NCBI GenBank assembly: GCA_038087875.1
Contig: CM075990.1
Coordinates: 496,001-560,000 of the forward strand
Direction of reading: 5' to 3'
Origin: Malacoraja senta
Taxonomy: Eukaryota
DNA: 64,000 nt
The notes under the pieces are model-generated. The model did not search any database. It was given only the letters and a program-made list of their open reading frames with translations, and was not told the DNA's origin. How positions within the stretch are numbered: position 1 is the stretch's first letter; each line of letters opens with the position of its first letter. The position numbers and the translations under genes were made by a program. Positions 35,919 through 49,204 of the stretch are shown one piece after another.

Positions 35919-38900
35919 AATCTAAAATCTGTCAATCCCCGTCCTAAAAATACCTATTGATGGCCTCCACAGCCATCTGGGGCAATGAATTCCACAGATT
36001 CACCACCCTCTGACTAAAGAAGTTCGTCCTCATCTCCATTCTAAAGGTATGTCCTTTTATTCTGAGCCTATGGCCTCTGGTCCTAGACTCTCTCACTGGT
36101 GGAAACATCTTTTCCACATCCACTCTTACCAGGCCTTTCTCTATTCGATGTTTCAATGAGGTGTCCCCTCATTCTTCTGAACTCTAGAAGATGCTCCACA
36201 GTTTGAGGAGCTTCCTCCCCTGCGAGACCATCTCCGGTGTATTCAATTCCACCCCCTGGACGGAGCCAGCCTTCCTGATCAGCTTGTTACAGAGATATGT
36301 GCGCAGTCAATTGATTGTTGTGCACGCTATCCATCAAATCAGACCATAGATGAGAACAATAGAACAATCCTCTTCTGGAACTGCATGCAGGGTCTGGCAC
36401 CATTTTGCAACTTCCAAGTCTGTGAAATGTCCGATCTAGGCCGAAGTAGATGTGCAATTCTTATATTTCTCTCTTCATGGCCCAGTGTCCAGGCACAACT
36501 GGACTGAAGAAATAGTCAGCCTGGCCCAGTTTAATGTCATCGACCTTCCCTTGCTGTCCCTTGCGGCTGACACAGGCTGATTCTGATCACAGAACCTTTA
36601 AGTGCTTTTCAAGAGTACGAGAGATGAGTTCATGAATTGTTCACAGCTGCTGACTTCATCCTTCACCTTCTGGTCAATTTTATGTGACCTGGTAAACTTG
36701 CCAAAATCCCAATTACAGGGGATAAAGTATTAGAGACACTCAAGGATGAGGGGAGGGTAGGGGAGTAATTTAAAGTTGGACAAGTTGAACTAACTGGCCC
36801 GATAGACTGCATGATAGGGTTTTATAGATGTTAAAGAAAACTTTGAAACACAACATAAAGATCGGGTTAGGCAATCAAGACTTTATTTAAGAGCGCCAAA
36901 TACAGTGATCACTGGGAGCGATCTAGAAGATTGCTAAACGAACAAAGATTTTACTTCGGAGTCACGTGAGTGACTACGTGAAGAAGACCCCGTCCAGCCG
37001 CACACGATCAGACACATAGCGTTCATGACCGTGTGTGGAGGAGCAGGAGCTCCTCCAGGCAGTGAGTAAAGTAAAGTTAAAATAAAAAGTCGGGAAGGTA
37101 AGTGCTTTCATTTTCACTTACAGGGTGCTTTTCTTCCCGCTCAGACGTGTTGGTAGAGGCGTAGGGGAAGGAGAGAAGGGATGCACCGCAGGTAAAACCC
37201 CAAAATTCTAAGGGTAGCGGGCGTCAGGCAGAGGAGTCAGTGGCATCAAAGCCATTAACTCGTTGCGGTCGAATGTGCTGTCAAACCGCCGGCGGCGGGG
37301 CGCAAGGCTGGACAAAAGTCGGCCCGACCTGTAGACTCGGATGAGTCAGACCCGGAGGTATACCCTCCTGAAGCAGAAAATGTTATGGCTGCAAGGGTCG
37401 CTAGCTTAAAGCTCCTGAAGGGAAAAAATTTACAAAGAACTCCCACAGGAGGATTTAGGTCGGTGTTGGCCAATAAAGGATAGCACAGCGTGTGCCTTGG
37501 ATGAGACAGGCACAAGGGTGGCCTACAGGAGAGCCATCAGAAATGCCTGTGCAAAGCTATTACAGTGGTTGGCCTACAGGAGAGCCAGTGCCAGAAATGC
37601 CCGTAAAAAGGCAATATATGTGCTGGCCTACTGGAGAGCCAGCACCAGAAATGTCTGAGCAAAGACAGTACAAACGTACATATGTGCCAGCACCGACAAT
37701 TTCAAAAGAAAAAATTATGAAGCGTTGGCCTAGAGTTGAGCCAGCGCCAGCAGCACCTGAAACAGGCTGCCTATCCGTGGGCCTATAAGAGAGCCCGCGC
37801 AGGGGGAATCTGGCATAGACTTACCTGAAACAGGGGAGCCAGAATTTACCCAACCTGAAGAGGAACATCTAGATTCAGAAGATGATTTCTATGAGGATGA
37901 GAGCCCATTATCAGAGCTGAAAGTTCCTGGACTAGCACAAAAGTTTGCTGTTCCCAGAGAAGAAAAAAAAGGGGAACCTTTGAGAGAGGAAATAGCAATG
38001 ACTATAAATTATCTACTCTCCCATCAGCTCCAGGAAGTAACTATGGATGAGACTATTAAACAGTATAAGCCCTGGCGAATTGTGATTTGCTAACAGTTCC
38101 AGCAGTGAATAACTTGACATGGGGTTATTTGAGCATTGGTTTAAGCTCACAAGAATTGAAATTACAACGAGTGTTGCAATTACTGAGGTCAGGCATTACG
38201 GCATTTGCCAGGGGATTGGATGATGATTTCATATCAGATTCACAAGTAGATGCCTTAGCACTCATGTGTAGTGTGCACTTTGAAATAAATTGTATTCGTA
38301 AAAATGCAATAAGACCAAATATTCATCCTAAGTATGCAGGGCTCTGCAAACCATCCAACATACAAATGCCTAAAATGCTGTTTGGAGAAAATCTAGCAAA
38401 GAAACTAAAGGACTTGAATGAGAGTAAAAAACCATGAGTGGTATGGTGATGAAACCACCGATGCTGAGCAGAGCGGTGCGAAGGCAGTATCCCTACAGGC
38501 GGAATGCTGGTGCTGGAGAAGGAACAAGCCGATCATTCTCGTATACACATTGGCGTGCTGCACCGGGGATACGTAGGGGTTCCAATATGCCTACCAGAAG
38601 CGGACAACAATTGCCGGTGGCAAACCCCGAGGTAGGGGGTCCTGGTCTGGTAAGAAATACAACAAATATTTTCCATTTACAAATAGGGGGAAGGTTACGA
38701 TTCTTCCTAAAAGAATGGCAGTTAATAACAAACGATTCATTCATTCTAAGTAGCATTGTAGGATTCAAAATTGAGTTCTCTCCACACTTGGATCCTCCAA
38801 TTCAGCAAAATTCAAGCTGGTCATGGATTTTCTCAAAGGAAGAGAATAAATTGATCAAAGGGATCTGACAAATCTTAACCTTTATGTACAATATAAACAT

Positions 38901-39556
38901 TTCAAAATGGAAACATTTACTAATGCCATTCAGCTGATCACAAAAAAACAAAAACAAAAAACAAAAATTGCTATATGGCAAGCATAGATCTGCAAGATGC
39001 ATATTCTGTGGCAATGCATGGTAATGATCAAAGATATTTGAAATTTAGATGGATGAGTCAGTTATGGCAATTTAAAGCATTGCCCAATGGCCTGACTTCA
39101 GCACCAAGATTATTCACTAAATTACTGAAACCAATTTTAGCTCTGCTAAGAGCTGAGGGCCACGTACTAATGGCCTATTTAGACGATATTCTGATTGTAG
39201 GGTACACTTTCGCTACTGCAAAATTGTCAGTATCTAAGCGTCAAGTACAATTTTGAGAAAATGGGTTTCATTATTCACCTACAAAAATCTAAATTGTTAC
39301 CAAGCAAAAAGATTGATTACCTAGGGTTCACAATTTACTCTGAACACATGGTAATCATTTTGCCAAAAGAGAAAAGGCTGCAGTTAATTGAAGGTTGCAT
39401 CAAACTCATAAACGAGGACACACCTTCAATTAGAGAAGTGGCAAGCTTGCTGGGCAAATTAATCGCTGGGTTTCCAGCTGTCAGGTTTGGACCATTGCAT
39501 TATCAATGTTTGCAGAGGGCTAAGGTACAAGCATTAAAAATGAATACAGGGCCATT

Positions 39557-39756
39557 NNNNNNNNNNNNNNNNNNNNNNNNNNNNNNNNNNNNNNNNNNNN
39601 NNNNNNNNNNNNNNNNNNNNNNNNNNNNNNNNNNNNNNNNNNNNNNNNNNNNNNNNNNNNNNNNNNNNNNNNNNNNNNNNNNNNNNNNNNNNNNNNNNNN
39701 NNNNNNNNNNNNNNNNNNNNNNNNNNNNNNNNNNNNNNNNNNNNNNNNNNNNNNNN
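39557..39756. other. Assembly gap (200 N)
   Basis: Run of N bases. Confidence 1.
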
Positions 39757-41021
39757 GCATTTTATGGCCTTAAAGCTTATTGCACTAATATGCGAAATGT
39801 GCATGTTCAGGTACAGGTTGACAATACTACAGCTGTAGCATACATAAATCACATGGGTGGTATTAAATCAGAATCATGTGATAGATTGGCAAATGAAATT
39901 TGGACCCGGGGTATTGCCAGGAAAATTGGCTGTCAGCAATATATTTACCAGTAAAATTTAATATAATTGCAGACCAAAGATCATGTAAATTTAATAATAA
40001 TACAGAATGGATGATAAATCAGGATATATTTACACAAATTATAACACAATTTGGAATGCCAGAGATTGATTTGTTTGCATCAAGACTGAACCACCAATTG
40101 CCTAAGTATGTGTCGTGGGAACCTGATCCTGGTGCAGTAGCGGTGGATGCTTTCTCGCTACATTGGGGTGGTATATTTCTGTATGCATTTCCACCATTTT
40201 GTTTAATCAACAGATGCATACAGAAAATTAAACAAGACTCAGCCTCAGGGATTTTGGCAGTACCAGATTGGCCTACACAGCTATGGTACCCACTGGTGTT
40301 AAAAATGATCCCCAAAAAAACCCTTATGATTATTCCAAAGCAGATAAAACTGCTTGTACACCCTGTAACTGATGAACCACATCCTTTACATGATCGTATT
40401 GGTTTGTTGATTTGCAGATTCTAAGAAGGCCATATCTTGGAAAAGGATTATCAGATCATACGGTGGATGTTATGACAGCAGCCTGGAGGAATAGTACCCA
40501 GAAGCAGTACATTTCCTATATAAAGAAATGGGAGGTGTTTTGTTCAGGAAAGAATATTGCATATAACACAGCAGAAATTTCAGATGTAATAGAGTTTTTT
40601 TTAAACTCTATACTTCAAATTAAAATTAAGTTATAGTGCAATCAATACTGCATGAAGTGCACTCTCTGCATATTTAAGCAGTGAATCAGAACAAAATCCA
40701 ATAGGATCACTTCCTTGGGTCTGTAGGTTTATGAAAGGAATTTTCAACTCCAATCCTCCTAGACCTAGGTATACAGAAATCTGGAATGTAAAAGATGTAC
40801 TGATGCTGCTGATGGATTGGAATCCTATTGAAACTCTGTCATTAGCCAAAATCACCATGAAATTGGTTATGCTCATGACATTAGTTTCAGCTCAGAGAGT
40901 TCAAACATTACAGAAACTAAGAATTGACATAATGAAGGTAGGGGCAAATGCCGTTACATTCTATGTCTATGATTTACTGAAGCAAAGTAGACCTGGGTTC
41001 ACGGGATGTAAGTTGGAGTTT

Positions 41022-41797
41022 AAGGACAAAGGACAAAGGACAAAGGACATTTATTGTCACATACACCAAATGGTGCAGTGAAATTTGTTCTTGCCATGCA
41101 GCACAAATAGACACAACATTAAAGAAATTTAACATAAAACATAAAAACACCCCCCCACAATGGATCCCACTGTGGGGGAAGGCACAAAGTCCAGTCCATA
41201 TCCCCTTGTCCACCCATAGTCTGGCCTATATAGGCCTCCATAGTCGCCACTACGGGGGCCGATGTTACAGGCCCTTCTTCGCCGGATGATGGTGCTCCGG
41301 CGTCGGGAGAACCCTCTCAGCAGCTTGGGACACCTGGAACGGCCGTCTCCCTACCGGAGTCCGCGGTTTCCGAAGTCGATGGAGCTCCACCACTGGCTCC
41401 CGATGTAAAGTTCTGCGCTGCCGCCCGCAGCTGGTCGCTCCACAGTCCCGCAGCTCCGCGATGTTCACCGGCGGTCCCAGCTCACCGGAGTTCCAGCGCG
41501 GCGACCCGGGCAAGGCATCGCCCGCTCCGCTCCGCGATAGTGCTCCAGCGCTGTGCCGCCGCCGAAGCCGAGGTTCTGGGCGGTCCCCTCAGGAAACGCC
41601 GGTCCATGCCCGCTGGTAGGCCGCGAGGCCGGGTCGAAAGTGCAGCCCAGAGAAAAGCTGCCTCTCCGACCAGGTATGGACCCTAGAAAGTAGTTTCCCC
41701 CTCCCCCCCCCACCCCACATAAGAAAGAATAGAACTCCTGAAAAACAAAACTAACTAACTAAAAATTAAAAAAAGATGAAAACGGACAGCTGCAGGC
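41022..41797 (-). mobile_element. GC-rich non-autonomous retroposon inserted in the YR gene of DIRS copy C
   Basis: YR stops at GCKLEF (41021) and resumes STYPTDPRLCVV (41800). Insert tail GTGACAATAAA plus (TGTCCTT)n. Confidence 0.85.
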
Positions 41798-43142
41798 TTT
41801 CAACATATCCTACGGATCCACGGCTATGTGTAGTAACATATGTTACATGGAAACAACCAGAATCTTAAGAGGCACAGAATTGGCATTTTTTATTAGTCAT
41901 AAAAAGCCTCATAAGAAAGTATCAACACAGACAATTTCAAGATTGTTGAAACAGGTGTTGATTTATTCAGGTATTGATACTGATAAATTTAGATCTCATT
42001 CCACCAGGGCGGCATCAACATCGGCGGCCAGGGATTCAGATGTGCCAATAGACCTTATCCTCGCTGGCCGCAGGATGGGCAAGTGAACAGATGTTTCATA
42101 AGTATTACCATAAGGAGATTAAAGATCTCAGGGTGGTTAGTGATGCCGTGCTGGATTCAGTATTAAATCCCCCATTATAATAAATGGGCCTAATTTGTTA
42201 CTTTTGTTAAAATAAATAGAACCATTAACTGATTACATTTAATGTTGTGGTTATGCATTGTTGATTGTGCTTACTCAAATAGAGTCAATCAGTGCAGTGA
42301 GCACCTGGATTTTAATCCACGGTGTGAAATCACAGAGCTTTGAAATCTCAACGTAGTCACTCACGTGACTCCGAAGTAAAATATTAAGATTAAACGAGAA
42401 CTTACCAGTTTGAAGTTTGATCTTTATTTTATGAGGAGTAACGTTGAGGGATTATGTGCCCTCCGCTCCCACCCTCATAAAAGGATCAAGCTGGTAGTTC
42501 TAAGTCTTTATGCATCTTACTATCATACTTCAGTAATTATCGTCTGTGATTGTCACTCCGCTGCTTTGAAAGATTGACGCTTGTGCGGCTGGACGGGGTC
42601 TTCTTCAACGAACAAGTAATGTTCTTCAATCCCTCAACATTACTCCTCATAAAATAAAGATAAAACTTCAAACTGGTAAGTTCTCGTTTAATCTTACTAT
42701 TCATCTACTTGCATACAGAATTTCCCTTTGATGTTGTTTACTGTAGCAGGCACTTTAGCACTTTTCCTTCTTCAAAATGGTCTTATAACAGATATAAATC
42801 ATGCACATCTGAAAGACACTGCAGAGTAAAGACAGCCCAATTCCACCCCATTACAGATAAGCAAATGTTTTGTTACCCTTTCGACCTTATTTTATTGTTT
42901 TAGATTGCCATTTGTCCTTTGACAACAGAGAACAGAATCTGGCTAAGGTAAACTGCAGTGTCAGTTGCACATGCTCAGTTTCAACCTGCTTTTAAGCACT
43001 GAATTATTATAACACATGAATAGTGTTTTAGGCATGCTACCTATTCCTATCCCTTGCTGTCTTCTTGAAGTTTTGCAATTTATTTTTGACAGAGGTGGCT
43101 GCAGATGTAGCGGAACCATTCGGTCGATCCATTAGGTAAAAT

Positions 43143-45016
43143 GGATCAGGGAAGCGAAGAGGCTGTATGGACAAAAACTTAATAGCCACTTCGCAAATGA
43201 CAAAGACACACGTCGCTTGTGGCAGGGATTTCATACCATCACTGACTACAAGCCTCCCCCCCGCTGCGGATATGCCAAAACGACCCCTCTCTACCAGATG
43301 AACTGAACGAGTTCTACGCACGGTTTGAGGTTGGAAACAGCACCCAGACACGTGCACTACTGCCATCTCCCAGTGACCAGTCGCTCAGGCTGTCCGCAGC
43401 CAGAGTTAAAAAGGCCTTTGCCAGCATCAACCCACGCAAAGCTGCAGGGCCGGACAACATTCCTGGATGCGTTTTAAGAGACTGCGCCGAGCAACTGAAA
43501 GATGTCTTCACAGACATTTTTAACATCTCACTCAGCCAGGCAGTAGTGCCCAACTGTCTTAAGAGTGCCACCATCGACCCTGTCCCGAAGAAACCAAACC
43601 CAGCCTGCCATAATGACTTTCGACCAGTGGCTCTAACACCCATAGTAATGAAGTGTTTTGAGCGACTGGTTATGCAGCATATCAAAAATAGTCTACCTGC
43701 CAACCTAGACCCACTGCAGTTCGCCTACAGAGCCAACCGATCCACAGAGGACGCAGTCTCAACAACACTGAACCTCGTACTGTCACACCTTGATCGGAAA
43801 AATACTTATGCCAGGATCCTCTTCATAGACTTCAGCTCTGCTTTTAATACAATCATTCCGCAGCAGCTGGTGGAGAAGTTGGAGCAATTGGGGGTTGATG
43901 CTGTCACATGTAACTGGGTCCTGAACTTCCTATCGCAACGGCAGCAGACAGTCAGGGTGGGCAGTAGGGCATCAAAAACCATAGCCGTGAGCACTGGCTC
44001 GCCCCAAGGCTGTGTCCTAAGCCCCCTGCTGTTTAGTCTGCTAACACACGACTGTACTGCTAGACTCAACAACAACTTCATCAACAAGTTCGCTGATGAC
44101 ACAACAGTGGTGGGTCTCATCAGCGACAATGATGAGTCGGCGTACAGGATGGAGGTGGAGCTGCTCACAGGATGGTGCAAATCCCACAACCTCATTCTCA
44201 ACGTGGGAAAAACTAAGGAGATGGTGGTTGACTTCAGGAGGGCGGGAAAACAACACCATACACCTCTGCACATCGATGGAGCTGATGTGGAAAGGGTCAA
44301 CAGCGTGAAGTTCCTAGGACTCCACCTGTCTGATGACCTGACGTCCACGACCAACACCACAGCACTGGTCAAGAGAGACACCCTCTCCGAAGACTACGTA
44401 AAGCAGGTCTCCCCACTACACACCTACGAACTTTTTATAGGGGGACAATCGAGAGCTCATTAACCTACGGCATCACTTCCTGGTTCGGGAGCTGCAAGGC
44501 GTACGAACGGCACCAACTAGACAGGATTGTGAAGACCGCCAGCAGGATTATTGGTGCTCCACTCCCTTTCCTGCTGGACATATACAGGAAGAGATGTATC
44601 AGCAGAGCCATCTCTATCATCAAAGACCCCTACCACCCATCGCATCACATATTCTCCATCCTGCCAACCGGAGCATTAGGTGCAAAACCAGCAGGATGCT
44701 CCTCAGCTTCTTCCCGCAGGTTATAAGACTGATAAACGGACTTTGTCCCCTGCCAAAGTATCGTGCACCAACCACCAACCTGGACACACTGCAGCAGAGC
44801 CACTGTCGTGCCGCTGCCGATCGGAACGCCTGTTGATGTTTAGTAGAGTAGAGTGTTAATTTGTTCATGATATATGTATTTTTACTTCTATTTATTTTTT
44901 ACTGCACACTGGAATGGACACTGGTTGAGGAACGTTTTTTTGTTTCCTCTGGGTATGCGAATACTCAGGAAATGACAATAAAGATATACAATACAATACA
45001 ATACAATACAATACAA
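43143..45016 (+). mobile_element. Rex1/Babar-like LINE, 5'-truncated
   Basis: KAAGPD; ORF 43546-44463 with [26 protein letters not shown] and FADD; AATAAA plus (CAATA)n tail. Confidence 0.92.
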
Positions 45017-45059
45017 AATTGTTCATAACTTGTGGAACATCAGGAAGATACTAAACGAT

Positions 45060-46625
45060 TTGGAAACAGCCATTGTGACTCCCTTGTTCAAAAAATGAGA
45101 GAAGGAACCAGCAGGCCATTTAGTTTAACAGTTATAATTGGCAATATGCTGGATTCAATAATCAAAGACAAATAATAATCAATATTTAGTCTGAATATAA
45201 TCAAAAGCCTAGTCAACATGGTTTTATGAGAGGTTAATCATGTTTGACAAATCTGCTCCAATTCTTTGAGTCGGAAGAAGGGTCTCGACCTGAAACTTCA
45301 CACATTCCTTCTCTCCAGCGATGTTGCCTGTCTCGCTGAGTTACTCCAGCATTTTGTGTCTATCTTCGGTGTAGACCAGCATCTGTAGTTCCTTCCCACC
45401 CAATCCTTTGAGGATGTAATAGGGATTGTTGATAAGAGGGGAATGTGTAGCTGTAGCATATTTACATTTCCAGAGTGGCATTTGCCAAGGTACCACATAA
45501 GAGACTTGTGCATAAATCAAAAGTGCATAGCATTGGAGGAAGGGTGTTAAAAAAGGATTGAAGACTGGCTGTCACAAAGGAAACATTGATGGACCAAATG
45601 CGTCATTTTCATACTGGAATTATGTAACTAGTGGAGTACTGCTGAGATCAGGCTTAGAGATACAGCATGGAAACTGATCCTTCGGCCCACCGAGTCCACA
45701 CCAATCATTGATCGCCCATTCGCACTAGTTCTCTGTTATCCCACTTTCACATCCATCCCGACACATATGGGGCAAATTTACAGAAGCCAATTAACCTACA
45801 AGCCTACAAGTCTCTGGGGTATGGGATGATACTAGAGCACCCGGAGTGGACCCATGTGGACCCGGAGAAGAACGAACAAGCTCCACACAGACAACACCAG
45901 AGGTCTGGATCAAACCTGGGACTGTGGCGCTGTTAGGCAGCAGCAGTACCATCTGTGCCGCTGAAATCGTCCTCGGCTTGGATTTATTCATTATTTACAT
46001 CAATGACTTGGAGGAAGGAGCGGTGGGTATGGTTTCCATATTTGTTGGTGACAGACAAAAAAAAGGGAAGGGCATATTGGAAACAGAATATGACTATGAC
46101 TCCATGTCAGAATCTCTAGTAAAAAAAAGGACAGCAGCTGGAAGAACACAGGGCGTCATTCAACACCTATGGAGGAAAATGGACACTGAATGATTTGAGT
46201 TGATACCCTTTATTTAGACATTTTTTGCAAATATTCGACGCAGTTCAAAGGAGATTCAGCAGGTTGCTGGGATGAGAAAGTTGTCTTACCCAGAGACAAA
46301 GTATTGCAGGCCTGTACTCCTTGGGGTGAGAAGAAAGAGGGGTGACCTTATTCAAACATATAAGATCCTAAGGGAGCTTGACAAGGGAGATGTTGGGATA
46401 TTTTCACTGGTGGGGGAATCTCGAACAAGGGGACATAACTAAAAAAAAGCGATACTTTAAACCTGAATCATAAACCTGAATCATAGAAATTTCTCCTTCC
46501 AGGTAGTATTAAATCTGTGAAATTCCGTGCCCCATAATGTGGTGGAAACTGGATCATTCGAAGTATTTAAAGTGGTTGTGAATAAATATTTAGCCCATAG
46601 TAGAGGGATGCAGAGAATAGTAGAG
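45060..46625 (+). mobile_element. Old degenerate CR1 RT region interrupted by Penelope termini and an HE1-like SINE (45655-45963, minus)
   Basis: Remnants QHGFM, CLTNL, KVPH, VTSG and FIIYINDLE. Confidence 0.6.
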
Positions 46626-46642
46626 GCCATTATAGATCATAT

Positions 46643-46820
46643 GTGTAGGAAGGAACTGCAGATGCTGGTTAAAAGCAGCGGGACAAGCAGCATCCCTGGC
46701 GAAAAGGCATGGGTGACATTTCGGGTCTGAAGAAGGGACTTGACCCAAATCATGATCCATTCCTTTTCTCCAGAGATGCTGCCTATCCCGCTGAGTTACT
46801 CGAACATTTTCTGTCTAGCC
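46643..46820. mobile_element. Palindromic Penelope-terminus unit (two inverted termini)
   Basis: GCGGGACAAGCAGCATC..GGGTGACATTTCGGGT, then CTGAAGAAGG, then GATGCTGCCTATCCCGC. Confidence 0.7.
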
Positions 46821-46954
46821 ACGATCATATTATGTAATGGGTGAGGCTTATGCGGCCAAGTGGTCTTCTGCTGCCCCTCTGTTCTTGCATTTTTGTGTTT
46901 TGTTCCCTCTGTAATGGGATAAATCAAAAGGATGTGTAATTGCCTAATTTCTCA

Positions 46955-47342
46955 TTGAAACGTATACGATTGTTAAGGGTTTGGACACGCTAGAGGCAGG
47001 AAACATGTTCCCGATGTTGGGGGAGTCCAGAACCAGGGGCTACAGTTTAAGAATAAGGAGTAAGCCATTTAGAACAGAGATGAGGAAACACTTTTTCTCA
47101 CAGAGAGTGGTGCGTCTGTGGAAATCTCTGCCTCAGAGGGCGGTGGAGGCAGGTTCTCTAGATGCTTTCAAGAGAGACCTAGATAGGGCTCTTAAAAATA
47201 GCGGAGTCAGGGGATATGCGGAGAAGGCAGGAACGGGGTACTGATTGGGGATGATCAGCCATGATCACATTGAATGGCGGTGCTGGCTCGAAGGGCCAAA
47301 TGGCCTGCTCCTGCACCTATTGTCTATTGTTTATTGTCTATT
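46955..47342 (+). mobile_element. CR1 3' fragment
   Basis: MFPMLGESRTRG..FFSQRVVRLW; (TATTGTC)n tail. Confidence 0.88.
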
Positions 47343-47659
47343 GAAATCCCTTCACCTAACAAACTGGCTTAAGGATGCTGTCAAGCTCTCCAGTGTAACT
47401 AAACATGCAGCTAATGGTAATCGCTGCTGTAACTGTGCCCACTTAATTGATGCTGGTTACTGAGCAGTTCAAAGCTACTGAAGTAACCTCACTGGGCACT
47501 CAGTTAACCTCAGTCATTGAGCCTTTTCAACTGGGACTGTGTGAATCAAAGCAGCTGTAGGGGAGCTGCTTCAGTTAACAATCACTGAGCAGTCTTGTCA
47601 AATGAGCTCTCAAGGGACTTTACAGTTTCAAGCATTGGAAGGAAATGGAAGGCAAGCGC

Positions 47660-48292
47660 ATTTATTTCCTGAGGGCCAGAATACAAAAACAGGGATGTAA
47701 TGCTGAGGCTTTATAAGGCGCTGGTCAGGCTGCATTTGGAATATTGTGAGCAATTGTGGGCCCCATATCTGAAGAAGGGTGTGCTGGCTCTGGAAAGGGT
47801 CCAGAGGAGGTTTACAAGAATGATCCTAGCAATGCGAGGGTTAACATATGAGGAGCATTTGACGGCACTGGGCCGATATTCGCTGGAGTTTAGAAGGATG
47901 AGGGGGCACCTCATTGAAACGTACCAAATAGTGAAAGGCTTGGATAGAGTGAATGTGGAGAGGATGTTTCGACTAGTGGGAAAGTCTACGACTTGAGCTC
48001 ATAGCCTCAGAATTAAAGGACGTTCCTTTCGGAATGAGATAAGGAGGAACTTCTTTCGACAGAGGGTGGTGAATCTGTGGAATTATTTGCCACACAAGAC
48101 TGTGGAGGCCATCAGTGGATATTTTTAAGGCAGAGAGATAGATTCTTGATTAGTACAGGTGTCAGGGGTTATGGGGAGAAGGCAGGAGAATGGGGTTAGG
48201 AGGGAGAGATAGATCAGCCATGATTGAATGGCGGAATAAACTTGATGGGCTGAATGGCCTAATTCTGCTCCTATCACTTGTGACCTTATGAT
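47660..48292 (+). mobile_element. CR1 3' fragment
   Basis: LYKALVRLHLEYC..LERVQRRFTRMI. Confidence 0.88.
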
Positions 48293-48669
48293 TGTTGAAG
48301 TCTATTCTTTCTTGAGCAACCAGCTTGTAAAATGTTGCAATAATTCAGAGATGTTCATCAAGGATTTGTTATCATTCTGTTACAAAAGAATTTTGATTTG
48401 AATAAAGGGCCTGTCCCACTAACGCGACTTTTCAGCAACTGTCTTCGAACTTCAAGCTCGAGGGCCCTCGCCTGAAAAACCTTGAGCTGGATCGACCGTC
48501 AGCGATGAAACCGCGAGCTGGATCGAGTGTCAGCACACACCCAAACACATCGCAAAGGCGGGGGCCAGGGAAAGCAGGGGAGTGCTGTCTGAAATTCACC
48601 CCAGTGATGAACAGGAAGGTAAAAGATGGCTGGCACAGTTACGGTAAATCCTTTAGAGAGCGCAAAGGT

Positions 48670-48850
48670 GGGGGGGGGGGGGAGAGAGGGGGAGAGAGAG
48701 GGGGAGAGAGGGGGAGAGAAGGGGAGAGAAGGGGAGAGAAGGGGAGAGAAGGGGAGAGAAGGGGAGAGAAGGGGAGAGAAGGGGAGAGAAGGGGAGAGAA
48801 GGGGAGAGAAGGGGAGAGAAGGGGAGAGAAGGGGAGAGAAGGGGGAGAAG
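48670..48850. repeat. (GGGGAGAGAA)n purine minisatellite
   Basis: 10-bp unit; about 13 perfect copies plus degenerate ones. Confidence 0.95.
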
Positions 48851-49123
48851 TGGGGAAGAAGAGGAGGAGACACTTTTAAGAAGCCAGACAACTTTTAATA
48901 AAGTTTAGCAGGCATTTAACATTACCGGTTGGTTTTCCTTGGTTCTGAAAACTCCAATGAGCCAATTAAAATGCCCGGTCAGCAAAGGAGATTGCCTACG
49001 GCTGCCCTCGACTGCCTATAACTACATAGCGACCCCACTCCACTGCACTACGAGTTCAAAAGAACCGTTTACCTTCATCTTCATAGCGCAGACGACGCTA
49101 CTCCGCTCTCCCTGGCCCCCACC

Positions 49124-49124
<1 letters not shown>

Positions 49125-49192
<68 letters not shown>

Positions 49193-49204
49193 TGCGTGCG
49201 TGCG
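49125..49204. repeat. (TG)n microsatellite
   Basis: Direct reading. Confidence 0.97.

Larger units (their letters stand above)
36948..42701 (+). mobile_element. DIRS1-like element, copy C: full-length, pseudogenised
   Basis: Runs ATTTTACTTCGG... to ...CTTACTATT. Gag fragments 37180-38437, RT fragments (YLDD) 38434-39556, MT 39900-40424, YR 40412-42120 and ICR ~42351-42456. Confidence 0.95.

Noticed and set aside
39503..39852. ORFs spanning X runs
   Set aside because: Artefacts of the N gap.
42890..42955. Plus-strand 44-nt exon-like segment (TTTTAG..AAG|GTAAAC)
   Set aside because: Isolated, weak donor and no recognisable peptide.
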